From: Bacteroides fragilis
GTDB taxonomy: Bacteria > Bacteroidota > Bacteroidia > Bacteroidales > DTGW01
DNA: 64,000 nucleotides
Reading direction: 5' to 3'
Assembly (NCBI GenBank): GCA_945889005.1
Contig: CAMDBI010000015.1
Location: 6,961 to 70,960, forward strand
The position numbers and the translations under genes are program-made. The notes beneath the pieces were generated by a model that was not told the DNA's origin, ran no database searches, and saw nothing but the letters and a program-made list of their open reading frames with translations. How positions within the stretch are numbered: the stretch's first letter is position 1; the number at the start of each line of letters is the position of its first letter. Below, in pieces: positions 19,689 to 29,851 of the stretch.

Positions 19689-20402
19689 ATGCAAACCGAA
19701 CAAATAAACCATTGGAATGACTATTTCAAATCGGCTACTCCAAAAGAAGTAATAAGCTATTTTGCCGATTTGTACAAAGGACGTATTGCTTTGGCATCGA
19801 GTCTTGGTGCAGAAGATCAAGTGCTTACCGAAATGATTTGCAGCATCGACAAAACAATCAACATATTCACACTTGATACAGGACGATTGTTTCCCGAATC
19901 GTACCAATTGATTGACGATACAAATAAAAAATACGTCATAAACATTGACATATACTTTCCCGATTCTGCGAAAGTAGAACAGATGGTAAAGACTAAAGGT
20001 GTCAATTTGTTTTACGACAGTGTTGAAAACCGCAAACAATGTTGTAATGTACGAAAAATTGAACTTTTGAAACGAGCCATGTGCAAGCTCGATATTTGGA
20101 TTTGTGGCTTGCGTAAAGATCAATCTATTACTCGGTTTTCGTCGAAGCTTGTCGAATGGGACGATGCCAATGGACTAATTAAAATTAATCCATTAATTAA
20201 CTGGACTGAAAAGCAAGTATGGGACTATATAAAACAAAAAAACATACCTTATAATACCTTACACGACAAAGGATTTCCGAGTATTGGTTGTCAACCATGC
20301 ACCCGTGCAATCGAAAAAGGAGAAGATGTACGTGCCGGTCGTTGGTGGTGGGAAATGCCCGAACATAAAGAATGCGGTTTACACAACAGACCCAATAAAT
20401 AG
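19689..20402 (+). CDS. cysH: Adenylyl-sulfate (APS/PAPS) reductase
   Basis: LDTG, CC-x-CxxC (QCCNVRK, SIGCQPCT), RAGRW, ECGLH; start at ATG 19689. Confidence 0.93.
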   Translation: MQTEQINHWNDYFKSATPKEVISYFADLYKGRIALASSLGAEDQVLTEMICSIDKTINIFTLDTGRLFPESYQLIDDTNKKYVINIDIYFPDSAKVEQMVKTKGVNLFYDSVENRKQCCNVRKIELLKRAMCKLDIWICGLRKDQSITRFSSKLVEWDDANGLIKINPLINWTEKQVWDYIKQKNIPYNTLHDKGFPSIGCQPCTRAIEKGEDVRAGRWWWEMPEHKECGLHNRPNK

Positions 20403-20471
20403 TTGATAATTGATAGTTGGTAATTGTTTTGAAATGAAAAATACAAACTTGGCTAATTAAAATAAAAAGCT

Positions 20472-21335
20472 TTATTCCAGTATTTTAATTAGTTTTTTCA
20501 ACCGCTCAATTTTATCGTTTTGATTTGTCGATTCGTACGAACTAATTAAATATCTGAGTGTTCTTTCAATTATTTGAACATTGCTGCATGGTATAAAATA
20601 TTTCTCATCTGAATCTATTTTTTGTTGTTTCAAAAAATAATCAATTTCTCTTTTCCCCAAAATAGCCCCTTTGTTGTAAGGATTGGCATAAAAAATAACA
20701 GAATTAGAAATATCGTTTACTTGCAAATCTTTATAAGCAACTATAAAGTTCTTGGGAAGATTGACTCCATATATAGGTATTTCAAGCTTCTGAGATACAA
20801 CTATGTATATAATTGCCAATGTTATTGGACTACCCTTACGTGTTTCTATTACATGATTGATATAATAATTATTGGGGGCATAATAATTACTATAATTTCC
20901 AGAATACTTATGAATGTTGAAAAAGATGTGATTAATTAGTCTAATTTTTTCTAAAGGTGTAAGACTAAAATTCATAACTGCTTCAATATCATTTTTTATT
21001 TTTTCAATATACAATAGAATAAATTCATATTTAAGAGAAGGAAACTGATATTTCGAAACAATAAAAGCTCCAAATAGTAAGTCTTTACAACCATTATTTA
21101 CCCAATTTTGAAGATCATTTTTCACTTCTTCAAATTGAAGATCCTGTATTATTGTTTCAATTTTTGTTTGTAACGACAAATTTATAGTTGTTTCCCAAGC
21201 TTTCTCTAAAGAAGGCACAATCTGAGTTCCTATTTCTACAAGTCTATTCAAAACAGCTGCTTGAACACCTTGGTCATTGTCATCGAGCAAATCTATTAGG
21301 GCTTTTATTTCAGCCTCACTTACTGTTGAATTCAT
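20472..21335 (-). CDS. SirB1 / transglutaminase-like protein
   Basis: YINHVIETRKGSPITLAIIY and GVNLPKNF motifs. Confidence 0.8.
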   Translation of the reverse strand: MNSTVSEAEIKALIDLLDDNDQGVQAAVLNRLVEIGTQIVPSLEKAWETTINLSLQTKIETIIQDLQFEEVKNDLQNWVNNGCKDLLFGAFIVSKYQFPSLKYEFILLYIEKIKNDIEAVMNFSLTPLEKIRLINHIFFNIHKYSGNYSNYYAPNNYYINHVIETRKGSPITLAIIYIVVSQKLEIPIYGVNLPKNFIVAYKDLQVNDISNSVIFYANPYNKGAILGKREIDYFLKQQKIDSDEKYFIPCSNVQIIERTLRYLISSYESTNQNDKIERLKKLIKILE

Positions 21336-21530
21336 AATTCAAAGCTACTTTAAATAGTCATTTCAAATCTAAATAAATTTCATTAATTGAATTAATATAT
21401 TCAAATTTTATTCGAACATCAAAAGAATATTTTTTTGTTCCGATTGAAATAAGAAAAAATAATTCTACTTTTATCTTTTAATTTCATCAACAAACCTAAT
21501 TCATAGTAAAACTTTATTAACTCTTTAACA

Positions 21531-23228
21531 ATGAAAAGAAAACTTATTCTTTTTTTTATTGGAATAACTTTACACACATTTTCTTATTCTCAAAATGTTG
21601 CAGGAACAGCAGTAAACACCCGCGACGACAATCCTTACAAAAAATACCTGCGCCCTTCTTTAACTGTATTGTATATTTCGAAAGAAGACGAACGTGCCAA
21701 ACGAATGCAAAAGGTTTTTGAAACTGCTAAAATACCCGACAAATTTAACGATAACAATCTGCCAACGAGATCGTTACAAGCCAATACCATAACGTTTAAT
21801 TTTACAAAGGATTTAGAAAATACACTTACACAAAATGTGTCGCGCGAATTGATTGCACGTTGGTTTTCACGTAACAATAAAGGCGAATTCTCTATGGATT
21901 TAATTGCCGAGCGTGGTCTTTACAATGCTACAGATGCCGATGTTATGAAAGCTCAGGCTTCGCAACGAAAACTTGATTTGTTGCGCGATGCCGGCGAAAA
22001 TCTTATAGATCGAAGTTATATAGTTGTTTACGATGTTTATAACATTAAAAAGCTATCGGAAACGGGTAATACCAGCGGTCTTTTGGGCGAAAGAGAAGGC
22101 TATCAATGCGAATTTAAAACCTATCTTTACAAACTCGACTGGACCGACTCTGTAGCCGCTATTTTTTATAACACCATGTGGGTCGATGCCGGAAGTTTCG
22201 ATTTCAAAAAAACAGAAATGTTCAACATGGCAAGCTTCCCTATCAAATTTGTGGGTCAAGCACCAGTAACAATGAACAGAGTTACAAGTGCACAATACAA
22301 AGATCCCGCAATTAACCCCGTTAAGCTTAGTGACGATGAACTTTTTGCTGGTTTATACGACGAAATAATGCTATATTCGGGAGTAGGTTTAGCCAAATTA
22401 AACGAAGATTTTAAAGTAAAAGCACCAATATTTACAACTGGTCCAATTACAGCTAAAATTGGTTTAAAAGAAGGACTGTCGGTCGACAAGCGTTTTTTTG
22501 CTTACGAAATGCAGTTAGATAAAAATGGGAACCGCAAAGCTGTTAGAAAGGGTGTTGTTCGTGCCGGAAATAAAATTAGCGACAACAGAGGTGTATCGAC
22601 CGGGAAAAGCGAAGCATCGTCTTTTTATCAAGTATATGGCAAACGCCTTTACCCAGGAATGATTTTGCAGGAAAACCCCGATTGGGGTATGGGCTTTATG
22701 CTTGGTTGGGGCAACACGCTTGGTATTGGTCATGGTCTCAATGCTACCATTGAGTCAAATGTCTCGATGTGGGCTGGTAAGAATGGAAAAATTGCTCCAG
22801 GTATCAAAGTCTACTTAAATGGTAATTTAAGTGCTACTGACCTCACTGTTAAAATCCAAAATGTAGATTCGACATATTCTGTTGTCGGTGGAGCTGCGGT
22901 TGGAGTTAGTAAAGACCTCAATTTTATGCATTACTTTGTTCTAACTCCATTTGTGGGAGGAGGGCTTGAGTTTTTACAGAATAAAAATATTAACGATGAT
23001 CCTCAATACGATGAAGCAAAGTATAACACTTATTTTGCACAAGTAGGGTCCCGATTTGGAATCAGCATTTTGCATAACGTCCAATTAGTTGGCAATTTCT
23101 CATTAAATGCAACAATAATGGGAAGACCAACAGAAAAAGGTACAGGTACAGAATCTGTTGCCGAAGAAATTGCCAAAAAGCGTGGATCTAACTCTCAGCT
23201 TATGATTGGTATTAGATTTCAATACTAA
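21531..23228 (+). CDS. Exported hypothetical protein with probable C-terminal outer-membrane beta-barrel
   Basis: Signal peptide; AKIGLKEGL...FFAYE segment; amphipathic beta strands ending GIRFQY. Confidence 0.65.
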   Translation: MKRKLILFFIGITLHTFSYSQNVAGTAVNTRDDNPYKKYLRPSLTVLYISKEDERAKRMQKVFETAKIPDKFNDNNLPTRSLQANTITFNFTKDLENTLTQNVSRELIARWFSRNNKGEFSMDLIAERGLYNATDADVMKAQASQRKLDLLRDAGENLIDRSYIVVYDVYNIKKLSETGNTSGLLGEREGYQCEFKTYLYKLDWTDSVAAIFYNTMWVDAGSFDFKKTEMFNMASFPIKFVGQAPVTMNRVTSAQYKDPAINPVKLSDDELFAGLYDEIMLYSGVGLAKLNEDFKVKAPIFTTGPITAKIGLKEGLSVDKRFFAYEMQLDKNGNRKAVRKGVVRAGNKISDNRGVSTGKSEASSFYQVYGKRLYPGMILQENPDWGMGFMLGWGNTLGIGHGLNATIESNVSMWAGKNGKIAPGIKVYLNGNLSATDLTVKIQNVDSTYSVVGGAAVGVSKDLNFMHYFVLTPFVGGGLEFLQNKNINDDPQYDEAKYNTYFAQVGSRFGISILHNVQLVGNFSLNATIMGRPTEKGTGTESVAEEIAKKRGSNSQLMIGIRFQY

Positions 23229-23292
23229 AAAATTTTTAACATAGAAATAACAATTAAATTGTAAATATTTATTAACCTAAATTTCATCTATT

Positions 23293-23820
23293 ATGAAAAG
23301 CAAATTTTTAATTTTCACGCTCAGCGTGTTTTTTATTTCAATGTGCGTATCGAGTTTTAGCCAACCTGTTGCTAAGTACAAAGCAAAAAGAGACATGGAA
23401 GCTTACCGTTACGAAATCGAATGTGTTGGTATTGGTGTTCAGGGCACTTATTTAATCAAAGTATGGACGTATTCTAAAAAACCTAAAGTTGCCATTATGC
23501 AATCGAAGAAAAACGCTGTTCACGGAGTTATTTTCAAAGGATTTGCCGGTGGTGGTCAAGGATGTACTTCGCAAAAAGCGTTGGCAAACAATCCAGCCAT
23601 TGAAGAAGAAAAAGCAGAATTTTTTGATGGTTTCTTCGACGATCGTGGCGGTTTCAACCGGTATGTTGCTGTTTCGAACGATGGTGCCTTAGATTCGGGC
23701 GATGTATTGAAAGTTGGAAAGGAATATAAAATTGGAGTTGTAGTATCGGTTATGAAGGACGATCTGCGCAAAGAACTTGAAGCAGCCGGTATTGTTAGAG
23801 GACTCGATTCTGGCTTTTAA
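23293..23820 (+). CDS. Exported hypothetical protein (possibly LPP20-like fold)
   Basis: Signal peptide; KKNAVHGVIFKG and LRKELEAAGI segments. Confidence 0.6.
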   Translation: MKSKFLIFTLSVFFISMCVSSFSQPVAKYKAKRDMEAYRYEIECVGIGVQGTYLIKVWTYSKKPKVAIMQSKKNAVHGVIFKGFAGGGQGCTSQKALANNPAIEEEKAEFFDGFFDDRGGFNRYVAVSNDGALDSGDVLKVGKEYKIGVVVSVMKDDLRKELEAAGIVRGLDSGF

Positions 23821-23906
23821 TTCACTTTCATATTAATTGCAACCAAGTTTTCAGAACAAATACATTGTCTGAATAAATAAATTTTAAAATCAAAAAATCA
23901 AAAAAA

Positions 23907-24851
23907 ATGAGAAAACTTATATTTTCAATAGCGCTTATATTAATCTCAGTTAGCGCTTTTAGTCAAGCAAAGAAACCAACCCTTATGGTTGTACCCAGCG
24001 ACAATTGGTGTAAACAAAATGGCTATATGCTTACATTCGACAACCAGGGCACACAAGAAGAACTTCCCGATTATAAAAAAGCAGTTCAAGGAAGTAGCGA
24101 CTTACTCTTAGTTACAGCCAAAATAAGCCAGTTAATGGCCGACAGAGGTTTCCCATGTAAATTGCTCGAACAGGAATTGAAAAAACTTTCTGCTGAAAGT
24201 GCCGAAAATGCAATGCTTACAAGCAAACAAGGTGGCTCAGTTGCCGAAAGTCCGATCGATATGTTAAACAAAACAGCCAAAGCCGATATTGTTATTCAAG
24301 TTACTTGGACTGTTAATGTTACCGGACCAAAGAAATCGATTACATTTGTATTACAAGGAATTGACCCATATACTGGAAAGCAAATATCTTCTGCATCAGG
24401 AACAGGAGCTCCTTCGTTTTCTGCAGAATTGGCAATACTTCTCGAAGAAGCAGTATTGGCTCATATCGACAATTACAATGTACAATTACAAGCCCATTTC
24501 GACGATATGTTCAAAAATGGTCGCGAAATCATTGTCCGTATCAAGAAATTTGACTCATGGGCCGACGACCTCGAAACAGAAGTAGATGGTAAAGAAATTA
24601 GTGTGCACCTCGAAGAATGGATGCAAAAAAACACCGTTAGTGGACGTTTCAGCACTTCAGATGCATCTGCCAACATGATGTTGTTTGAACAAGTTCGCAT
24701 TCCAATTTACGATGCAAACAACAAAGCGCTCGATGCTCGTGGTTTTTGCAGAGGCATTCAAACATTTTTGAAAAATCCACCTTTCAATGTTACCAGCAAA
24801 CTAATGATGAAAGGATTAGGACAAGCAACCATTGTAATCGGTGATAAATAA
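23907..24851 (+). CDS. DUF6175-like exported protein
   Basis: Signal peptide then QAKKPTLMVVPSD, ADIVI, GLGQA motifs recalled for this family. Confidence 0.7.
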   Translation: MRKLIFSIALILISVSAFSQAKKPTLMVVPSDNWCKQNGYMLTFDNQGTQEELPDYKKAVQGSSDLLLVTAKISQLMADRGFPCKLLEQELKKLSAESAENAMLTSKQGGSVAESPIDMLNKTAKADIVIQVTWTVNVTGPKKSITFVLQGIDPYTGKQISSASGTGAPSFSAELAILLEEAVLAHIDNYNVQLQAHFDDMFKNGREIIVRIKKFDSWADDLETEVDGKEISVHLEEWMQKNTVSGRFSTSDASANMMLFEQVRIPIYDANNKALDARGFCRGIQTFLKNPPFNVTSKLMMKGLGQATIVIGDK

Positions 24852-24861
24852 AAAATAAAAC

Positions 24862-25836
24862 ATGAGAAAATTATTAATTATAGCACTTGCAGCATTGGTT
24901 TTACCAATGTTGCATGCCCAGAACAACGAAACGAAGGCCGATGACTATTCGCGCATAGCATTGCACTCGTACGTTCCAGAAATTGGCGAAATGCCAGCTG
25001 CTGCAAAAAATATATTGAAGAACAAGCTCGATCAGGTTGCTACCCAGTCGGGTGCTGGTGGAGGTTCTGCCAATCCTCGATTTGTAATTACTGCAAATAT
25101 TACAGTTTTGACTAAAGATATAACAGCCACAGCTCCTCCTATGACTGCACTTACACTAGATATTATGTTTTTTGTTGGCGATGCCCAAACTATGACCAAA
25201 TATGCAAGTGCATCGATTCAAGCAAAAGGTGTTGGAGCAAACGAAACAAAGGCATATATTGAAGCTCTTAAAACTGTAAAAGCAGCTGCTCCCGAACTGA
25301 AAGTGATGGTCGAAACCGGCAAGAAAAAAATTGTAGAATATTACAATTCGCAATGCGATTTTATTTTGAAAAAAGCCGAATCGCTTGCAGCACAAAACCA
25401 ATACGGCGCAGCAATTTTTGAACTCAGTTCGGTTCCCGATGTTTGTAAAGAATGTTACTCACAAGCAATGGACGCTGTAACACCTATTTACAAAAAATAT
25501 AGAGATCAGGTATGTGCTCAGAAATTGAATGAAGCAAAAACAGCTTGGGCTGGGGCTCAAAATGCCGAAGGTGCAGCAAAAGCATCAACTATACTTAAAG
25601 ATATTGATCCGGAAGCAGCATGTGTTCCCGATGTTAATACTTTTGTAAGTGAAGTAAAAGCCAAAGTTCTCGAACTCGAAAAACGCGACTGGGACTTTGC
25701 TATGAAGGTATTCGATACTTCTGTTGATATCGAAAAACAACGCATTGAAGCTGCTCGTGAAGTTGGTGTTGAATTTGGTAAAAACCAACCCGAAACAGTT
25801 TATAAAATGGATGCTTGGTTTGGTGGTGCGAAATAA
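24862..25836 (+). CDS. Exported hypothetical protein with helical, Cys-containing C-terminal half
   Basis: Signal peptide; alpha/beta N-domain; helical region with five Cys. Confidence 0.65.
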   Translation: MRKLLIIALAALVLPMLHAQNNETKADDYSRIALHSYVPEIGEMPAAAKNILKNKLDQVATQSGAGGGSANPRFVITANITVLTKDITATAPPMTALTLDIMFFVGDAQTMTKYASASIQAKGVGANETKAYIEALKTVKAAAPELKVMVETGKKKIVEYYNSQCDFILKKAESLAAQNQYGAAIFELSSVPDVCKECYSQAMDAVTPIYKKYRDQVCAQKLNEAKTAWAGAQNAEGAAKASTILKDIDPEAACVPDVNTFVSEVKAKVLELEKRDWDFAMKVFDTSVDIEKQRIEAAREVGVEFGKNQPETVYKMDAWFGGAK

Positions 25837-25855
25837 ACATTTAATTTAACCAAAT

Positions 25856-25900
25856 AAAAAAAACCGATGTCCCCAATCTAGATGGGCATCGGTTTTTTTT
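25856..25900. terminator. Bidirectional intrinsic terminator
   Basis: A8-CCGATGTCC ... GGGCATCGG-T8 between convergent genes. Confidence 0.88.
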
Positions 25901-26227
25901 ATATTTTAACGCTTCTTACTCCCCGAATTTTCGAAATGCTCGAATGGGCATGAATAAACTCTTAAAACTTCAATTTGTTCATTAGTGATGCGATAGATAA
26001 TGAGGTGTGAATCAAGTTATATTTCTGTAAATGCGACTTTTTGTAGGAATATGACGACATTCGGGATATAAGAGGTAATTGTCGTTTAAATTGTATGTTA
26101 AAGTCAATATTCGTTTTTTGTGTTCTTCAGCTGCACGAAGTCCGAAAGTTTCAACACCGTATTCAAAAATACTCCGAATATCCAATTCAATATTAGAACT
26201 TAGCAGTACCCTTTTTCTTGTTTCCAT
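25899..26227 (-). pseudogene. RelE/ParE-family toxin, doubly frameshifted
   Basis: ORF stops at YRNIT*; other frames continue LDSHLIIYRITNEQIEVLRV and IHAHSSISKIRGVRSVKI*. Confidence 0.75.
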
Positions 26228-26415
26228 TTATCAAAGCGACTTTCAAATTCATCAATTGTATAAAATGGTCCCTTTTCAGCTTCTTTAATTCCTGCAATAA
26301 ACTCTTCATGAGTAAGCTTAACACCAGGACGTGTCCAGTTTTTTTCTTTTGTTGTCGCAGTTTTCATTTCAGAACTTTTTTTCAAAATTAATTCTTTGTT
26401 ATCAAAAATTTTCAT
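26200..26415 (-). CDS. Putative antitoxin
   Basis: Small ORF overlapping the toxin start; IKEAEKGPFYTIDEF; true start may be the internal MKTAT. Confidence 0.6.
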   Translation of the reverse strand: MKIFDNKELILKKSSEMKTATTKEKNWTRPGVKLTHEEFIAGIKEAEKGPFYTIDEFESRFDKWKQEKGYC

Positions 26416-26436
26416 TTTACGATCGGAATCATAAAC

Positions 26437-26479
26437 AAAAAAGCCACTATTCTCTCGGTAATAATGAGAATAGTGGCTT
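26437..26479 (-). terminator. Intrinsic terminator
   Basis: 14-bp stem AAGCCACTATTCTC / GAGAATAGTGGCTT with a T run on the minus strand. Confidence 0.85.
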
Positions 26480-26498
26480 CATGTTTTTTATTAAGAAA

Positions 26499-27776
26499 CT
26501 ACCAACTTGTTTTTAATGCCTGATTAAAAATTTTGTAAGTTAAACCTTCGCCAGTAATCGATTTATACTGTAATGTACCCGAAATGGTTCCTTTCTTGGT
26601 CGATGTGGTCTTGTCTTTGGGCAATGCTTGCGAGATATCGACCGATAGCAGTTGATTTCCTTTACCTTGAAATTGGAGACCAATATTGTCGACTACTACA
26701 GGAGGACAATTGTCGAAATTTAATGTAAGTTTTTCGATACTTACCGGACTATCGTATTTCGAAACGAGCGTTATATTGCATTTTGCACCACTAATACTGG
26801 TACCATCGTCGGTACCACCGCTCAATACAATGGCTTCTTTAATAAACACCTCTGCTTTATTGGCATTGATATCGAAATTAAAATTTTTCTTAGCATTGGG
26901 GCTAAATGGGTAAGCAACAGTAATGGCATTGCTAGGATCGTCGTAACATGCTGAATAGTTGTATGTAATTACCCATTCGGTCTGGTTATTTTGAATGTCG
27001 GTAACAGTAGCACATTTAGAAGTCACCTTTGGATTGGTTGCAGTAACAATAGTTTTATCGCCAATTTTTAAAGAATATTTAAGCACTCCAATTTTATTGT
27101 CGACTTGAGCAAACACAATAGAATTGAGCATTTGCTGAAGGGCATTGATTCCCTGATTTGCTTTTTCTTTACGTTGATCGAGAAAGGCTTTTGAAAAACC
27201 TTGCATTGAAGCAATGTAACGGGTAATTTGCTCAACCGATGTAATACTGTTGATACTATCGAGTATGTCATTCATTTCTTCGGTAAGTTGCTTGTCGGCC
27301 ATATCGAAATCGATCACCATTTTTTTGAGCTCCATTTCGCTAAATGGGTACTTAATACTGTAATAATATTTAAGTGTTCCATCTTTTTCCTTAACTTTTT
27401 CCCAATAATACTCGGTAACGTTGCTCAACGATATTCCTTTAATAAAGCCAATCTCAGCCGATTTGGTTTTGGTCGATGTTTCGAAATTTTCGATAAAGTT
27501 CGATACTCCATTAACCGACTGTTCGTTGCGGTAATACTCGCTCGATGTTTGTACATTTTCGGCAATAGAGGTTATAATTCGCTCTTTAACACGCAACAAG
27601 GCATTTTGCTGAGCTCCTTCAACAGTTTCGCTCGAACCTGAAGCAATAATAAAGTCCTTTTCAATTCCATTGACCCAGTCGGGTTTTTTGCCACTTTTAT
27701 CAAGCACTTTTTGAGCCAAAACCGTAACTTGCCCTATAATTAGAAGACTTATTAAAATATTGATAAACTTTTTCAT
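26499..27776 (-). CDS. Exported protein with LPP20-like N-domain and beta-rich C-terminal domains
   Basis: Signal peptide; KKPDWV...SGSSETVEGAQQNAL pattern. Confidence 0.6.
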   Translation of the reverse strand: MKKFINILISLLIIGQVTVLAQKVLDKSGKKPDWVNGIEKDFIIASGSSETVEGAQQNALLRVKERIITSIAENVQTSSEYYRNEQSVNGVSNFIENFETSTKTKSAEIGFIKGISLSNVTEYYWEKVKEKDGTLKYYYSIKYPFSEMELKKMVIDFDMADKQLTEEMNDILDSINSITSVEQITRYIASMQGFSKAFLDQRKEKANQGINALQQMLNSIVFAQVDNKIGVLKYSLKIGDKTIVTATNPKVTSKCATVTDIQNNQTEWVITYNYSACYDDPSNAITVAYPFSPNAKKNFNFDINANKAEVFIKEAIVLSGGTDDGTSISGAKCNITLVSKYDSPVSIEKLTLNFDNCPPVVVDNIGLQFQGKGNQLLSVDISQALPKDKTTSTKKGTISGTLQYKSITGEGLTYKIFNQALKTSW

Positions 27777-27818
27777 AGAAGTATTTTTTTAAATTTTCAG
27801 ATTTTTAATTTGTATATT

Positions 27819-28388
27819 TTATTCGAGTTTTTTCATTTCGGCATCAAATATTTCTTTGAATTTTGCCTGATCGTAATCGACTTTTAGCTTATTGTCTTGC
27901 AGAATGCTGTTGTTGAGTTGCTCAAACAACAACTCCTTTGGCATTTCAATGGCTGTAAAAGTTTCGAACATTCCATCCTTATTTTTGTTTGAAGTTTGAC
28001 ATGTAATGGTAATGAAACGAAGTTGTTGGTTTACAAACTCGTTGGTGAGGTTGTCGAACGATTGCATAAACCCATCAACTTTAGATGTTTCGATGCTTTT
28101 CGAAAAATTGTTGGAAACCGATTTGATGGTTGAGCCAATGAGCGACGAAAGTAATTGTTTGGTAACTAACATCGATTTGTCTTTTGAACTAATTTGACTG
28201 CTGCTTTTGGCCGAGCTTGCTGCTCTGAAATATTGCGAATCGGAGCGCCCCTTGTCCATACAAGGTACTGTAATTTCTTTTTCTTTGGGTTTTGCAGCTG
28301 TTACTAATTGGCTTTCAGACATTACCAAAAATGCTAAACAAATATAAAGTTTAATATATTTCATCATAGGAGTTGATATTTTAAACAA
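27819..28388 (-). CDS. Exported LPP20-like protein
   Basis: Signal-like N-terminus; SDSQYFRA motif; start uncertain (MMKY likely). Confidence 0.55.
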   Translation of the reverse strand: MFKISTPMMKYIKLYICLAFLVMSESQLVTAAKPKEKEITVPCMDKGRSDSQYFRAASSAKSSSQISSKDKSMLVTKQLLSSLIGSTIKSVSNNFSKSIETSKVDGFMQSFDNLTNEFVNQQLRFITITCQTSNKNKDGMFETFTAIEMPKELLFEQLNNSILQDNKLKVDYDQAKFKEIFDAEMKKLE

Positions 28389-28472
28389 ATATAAAAATTA
28401 TTTAGATGCAAGGGTTCAAAGTCCTCAATATTTTGTTTTCTTTGCCATTTAATTGATTTTATAAACAAAGTT

Positions 28473-28721
28473 ATGAGAATATCTGTAGAAATAAGCTATT
28501 ACCCTCTGCTCGAGAAATATATTCCACCAATTAGAGATTTTATTGATCGACTGAATACATACAAGAATATTGATGTAAAAACAAGTGGAATAAGCACTCA
28601 CATATTTGGCGAATATTCCGATGTAATGGGAATCCTTACCAAAGAGATAGAAAAATCGTTTGAAGTACCACATTCAATTTTTGTATTGAAAATACTAAAT
28701 TCCGATAGGAGCGACTTTTAA
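28473..28721 (+). CDS. YkoF/MTH1187-like thiamine-binding protein
   Basis: ISVEISYYPL...STHIFGEY small ferredoxin-like pattern. Confidence 0.7.
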   Translation: MRISVEISYYPLLEKYIPPIRDFIDRLNTYKNIDVKTSGISTHIFGEYSDVMGILTKEIEKSFEVPHSIFVLKILNSDRSDF

Positions 28722-29318
28722 ATGCTAATTAAATCGATAGATATTCAGTTTATTAGCGAGGTAGTTGCAACAATAACGGGACTTTTAGGAGTTTGGCTCA
28801 CATCAAGACAAATAATTTGGTGTTGGCCGGTAGCCTTAATCAATGTATTGCTTTCGCTATATGTATTTTATGTTGCAAAGCTTTATCAAGATGCATTATT
28901 ACAAGTATTTTACTTGGTAATGACCTTATATGGTTGGTACAGCTGGTTATATGGAGGCTCCAACCATTCGAAACTCAAGGTATCTAAGCTAAAACAAAAA
29001 TGGCTCATTACTTATTTAATATCTGGAACATTACTGATGCTAGGTTCAGGCTACTTGTTTAGCAAATATACCGATGCAGCTATTCCGTATTGGGATGCAA
29101 GCTCTCTTGTTTTTGGTATTATTGGTACCATTTGGATGACCCGAAAGTGGGTTGAGCACTGGTTACTTTGGATTGTACTAGATATTATTTGTACCGGAAT
29201 TTTCTTTTACAAAGAATTGTACTTCTTTACAGCTCAATATTTTATATTTAGCATTCTTGCATTTTATGGTTGGATTGAATGGAACAAAGAACTCAAAGCA
29301 TCGAAAATCGAATATTGA
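28722..29318 (+). CDS. pnuC: PnuC-family nicotinamide riboside/vitamin transporter
   Basis: Hydrophobic; PYWDA, EHWLLWIVLD, YGWIEW. Confidence 0.9.
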   Translation: MLIKSIDIQFISEVVATITGLLGVWLTSRQIIWCWPVALINVLLSLYVFYVAKLYQDALLQVFYLVMTLYGWYSWLYGGSNHSKLKVSKLKQKWLITYLISGTLLMLGSGYLFSKYTDAAIPYWDASSLVFGIIGTIWMTRKWVEHWLLWIVLDIICTGIFFYKELYFFTAQYFIFSILAFYGWIEWNKELKASKIEY

Positions 29319-29851
29319 AAGTCGCGATTACCGGTCCCGAATCGACCGGCAAGAGTATGCTGGCTTCTGCTTTGGCTGAGTACTACGATACCTGCTACAA
29401 CCCCGAGTATGCCCGCGAGTACCTACAAAGCATTAATAGACAATATACATACGACGATGTTGTTCATATTGGTTTGAAACAAATGAACAGTGAATTGCAG
29501 ATGCTCCAGAAGGCAAACAAAGTGCTTTTTTGCGATACCGATTTGCTTGTAATAAAAACCTGGATGGATTTTAAATACCAAAAACACCCTAGATGGGTTG
29601 CAGATTGGATTATAAGCGGCGGTTACGATTTATTTATTCTTTGCAACATTGATATTCCTTGGGAACCCGATCCCTTGCGCGAACACCCCGAGGCACGGCA
29701 AGAGCTTTTTAATATTTATTACAACGAACTTAATAACAATTCACTAAACTTTATAATTGCTTCTGGTTCGCACCACGAACGTATGAAACAATCAACTCAG
29801 ACAATAAGCAATTTATTTGGTATTTTTAAGCAATCTATCAAATGCATATAA
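29279..29851 (+). CDS. NadR-like P-loop kinase/ATPase
   Basis: TGPESTGKS, PEYAREY, CDTD, PWEPDPLR. Confidence 0.88.
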   Translation: MEQRTQSIENRILKVAITGPESTGKSMLASALAEYYDTCYNPEYAREYLQSINRQYTYDDVVHIGLKQMNSELQMLQKANKVLFCDTDLLVIKTWMDFKYQKHPRWVADWIISGGYDLFILCNIDIPWEPDPLREHPEARQELFNIYYNELNNNSLNFIIASGSHHERMKQSTQTISNLFGIFKQSIKCI

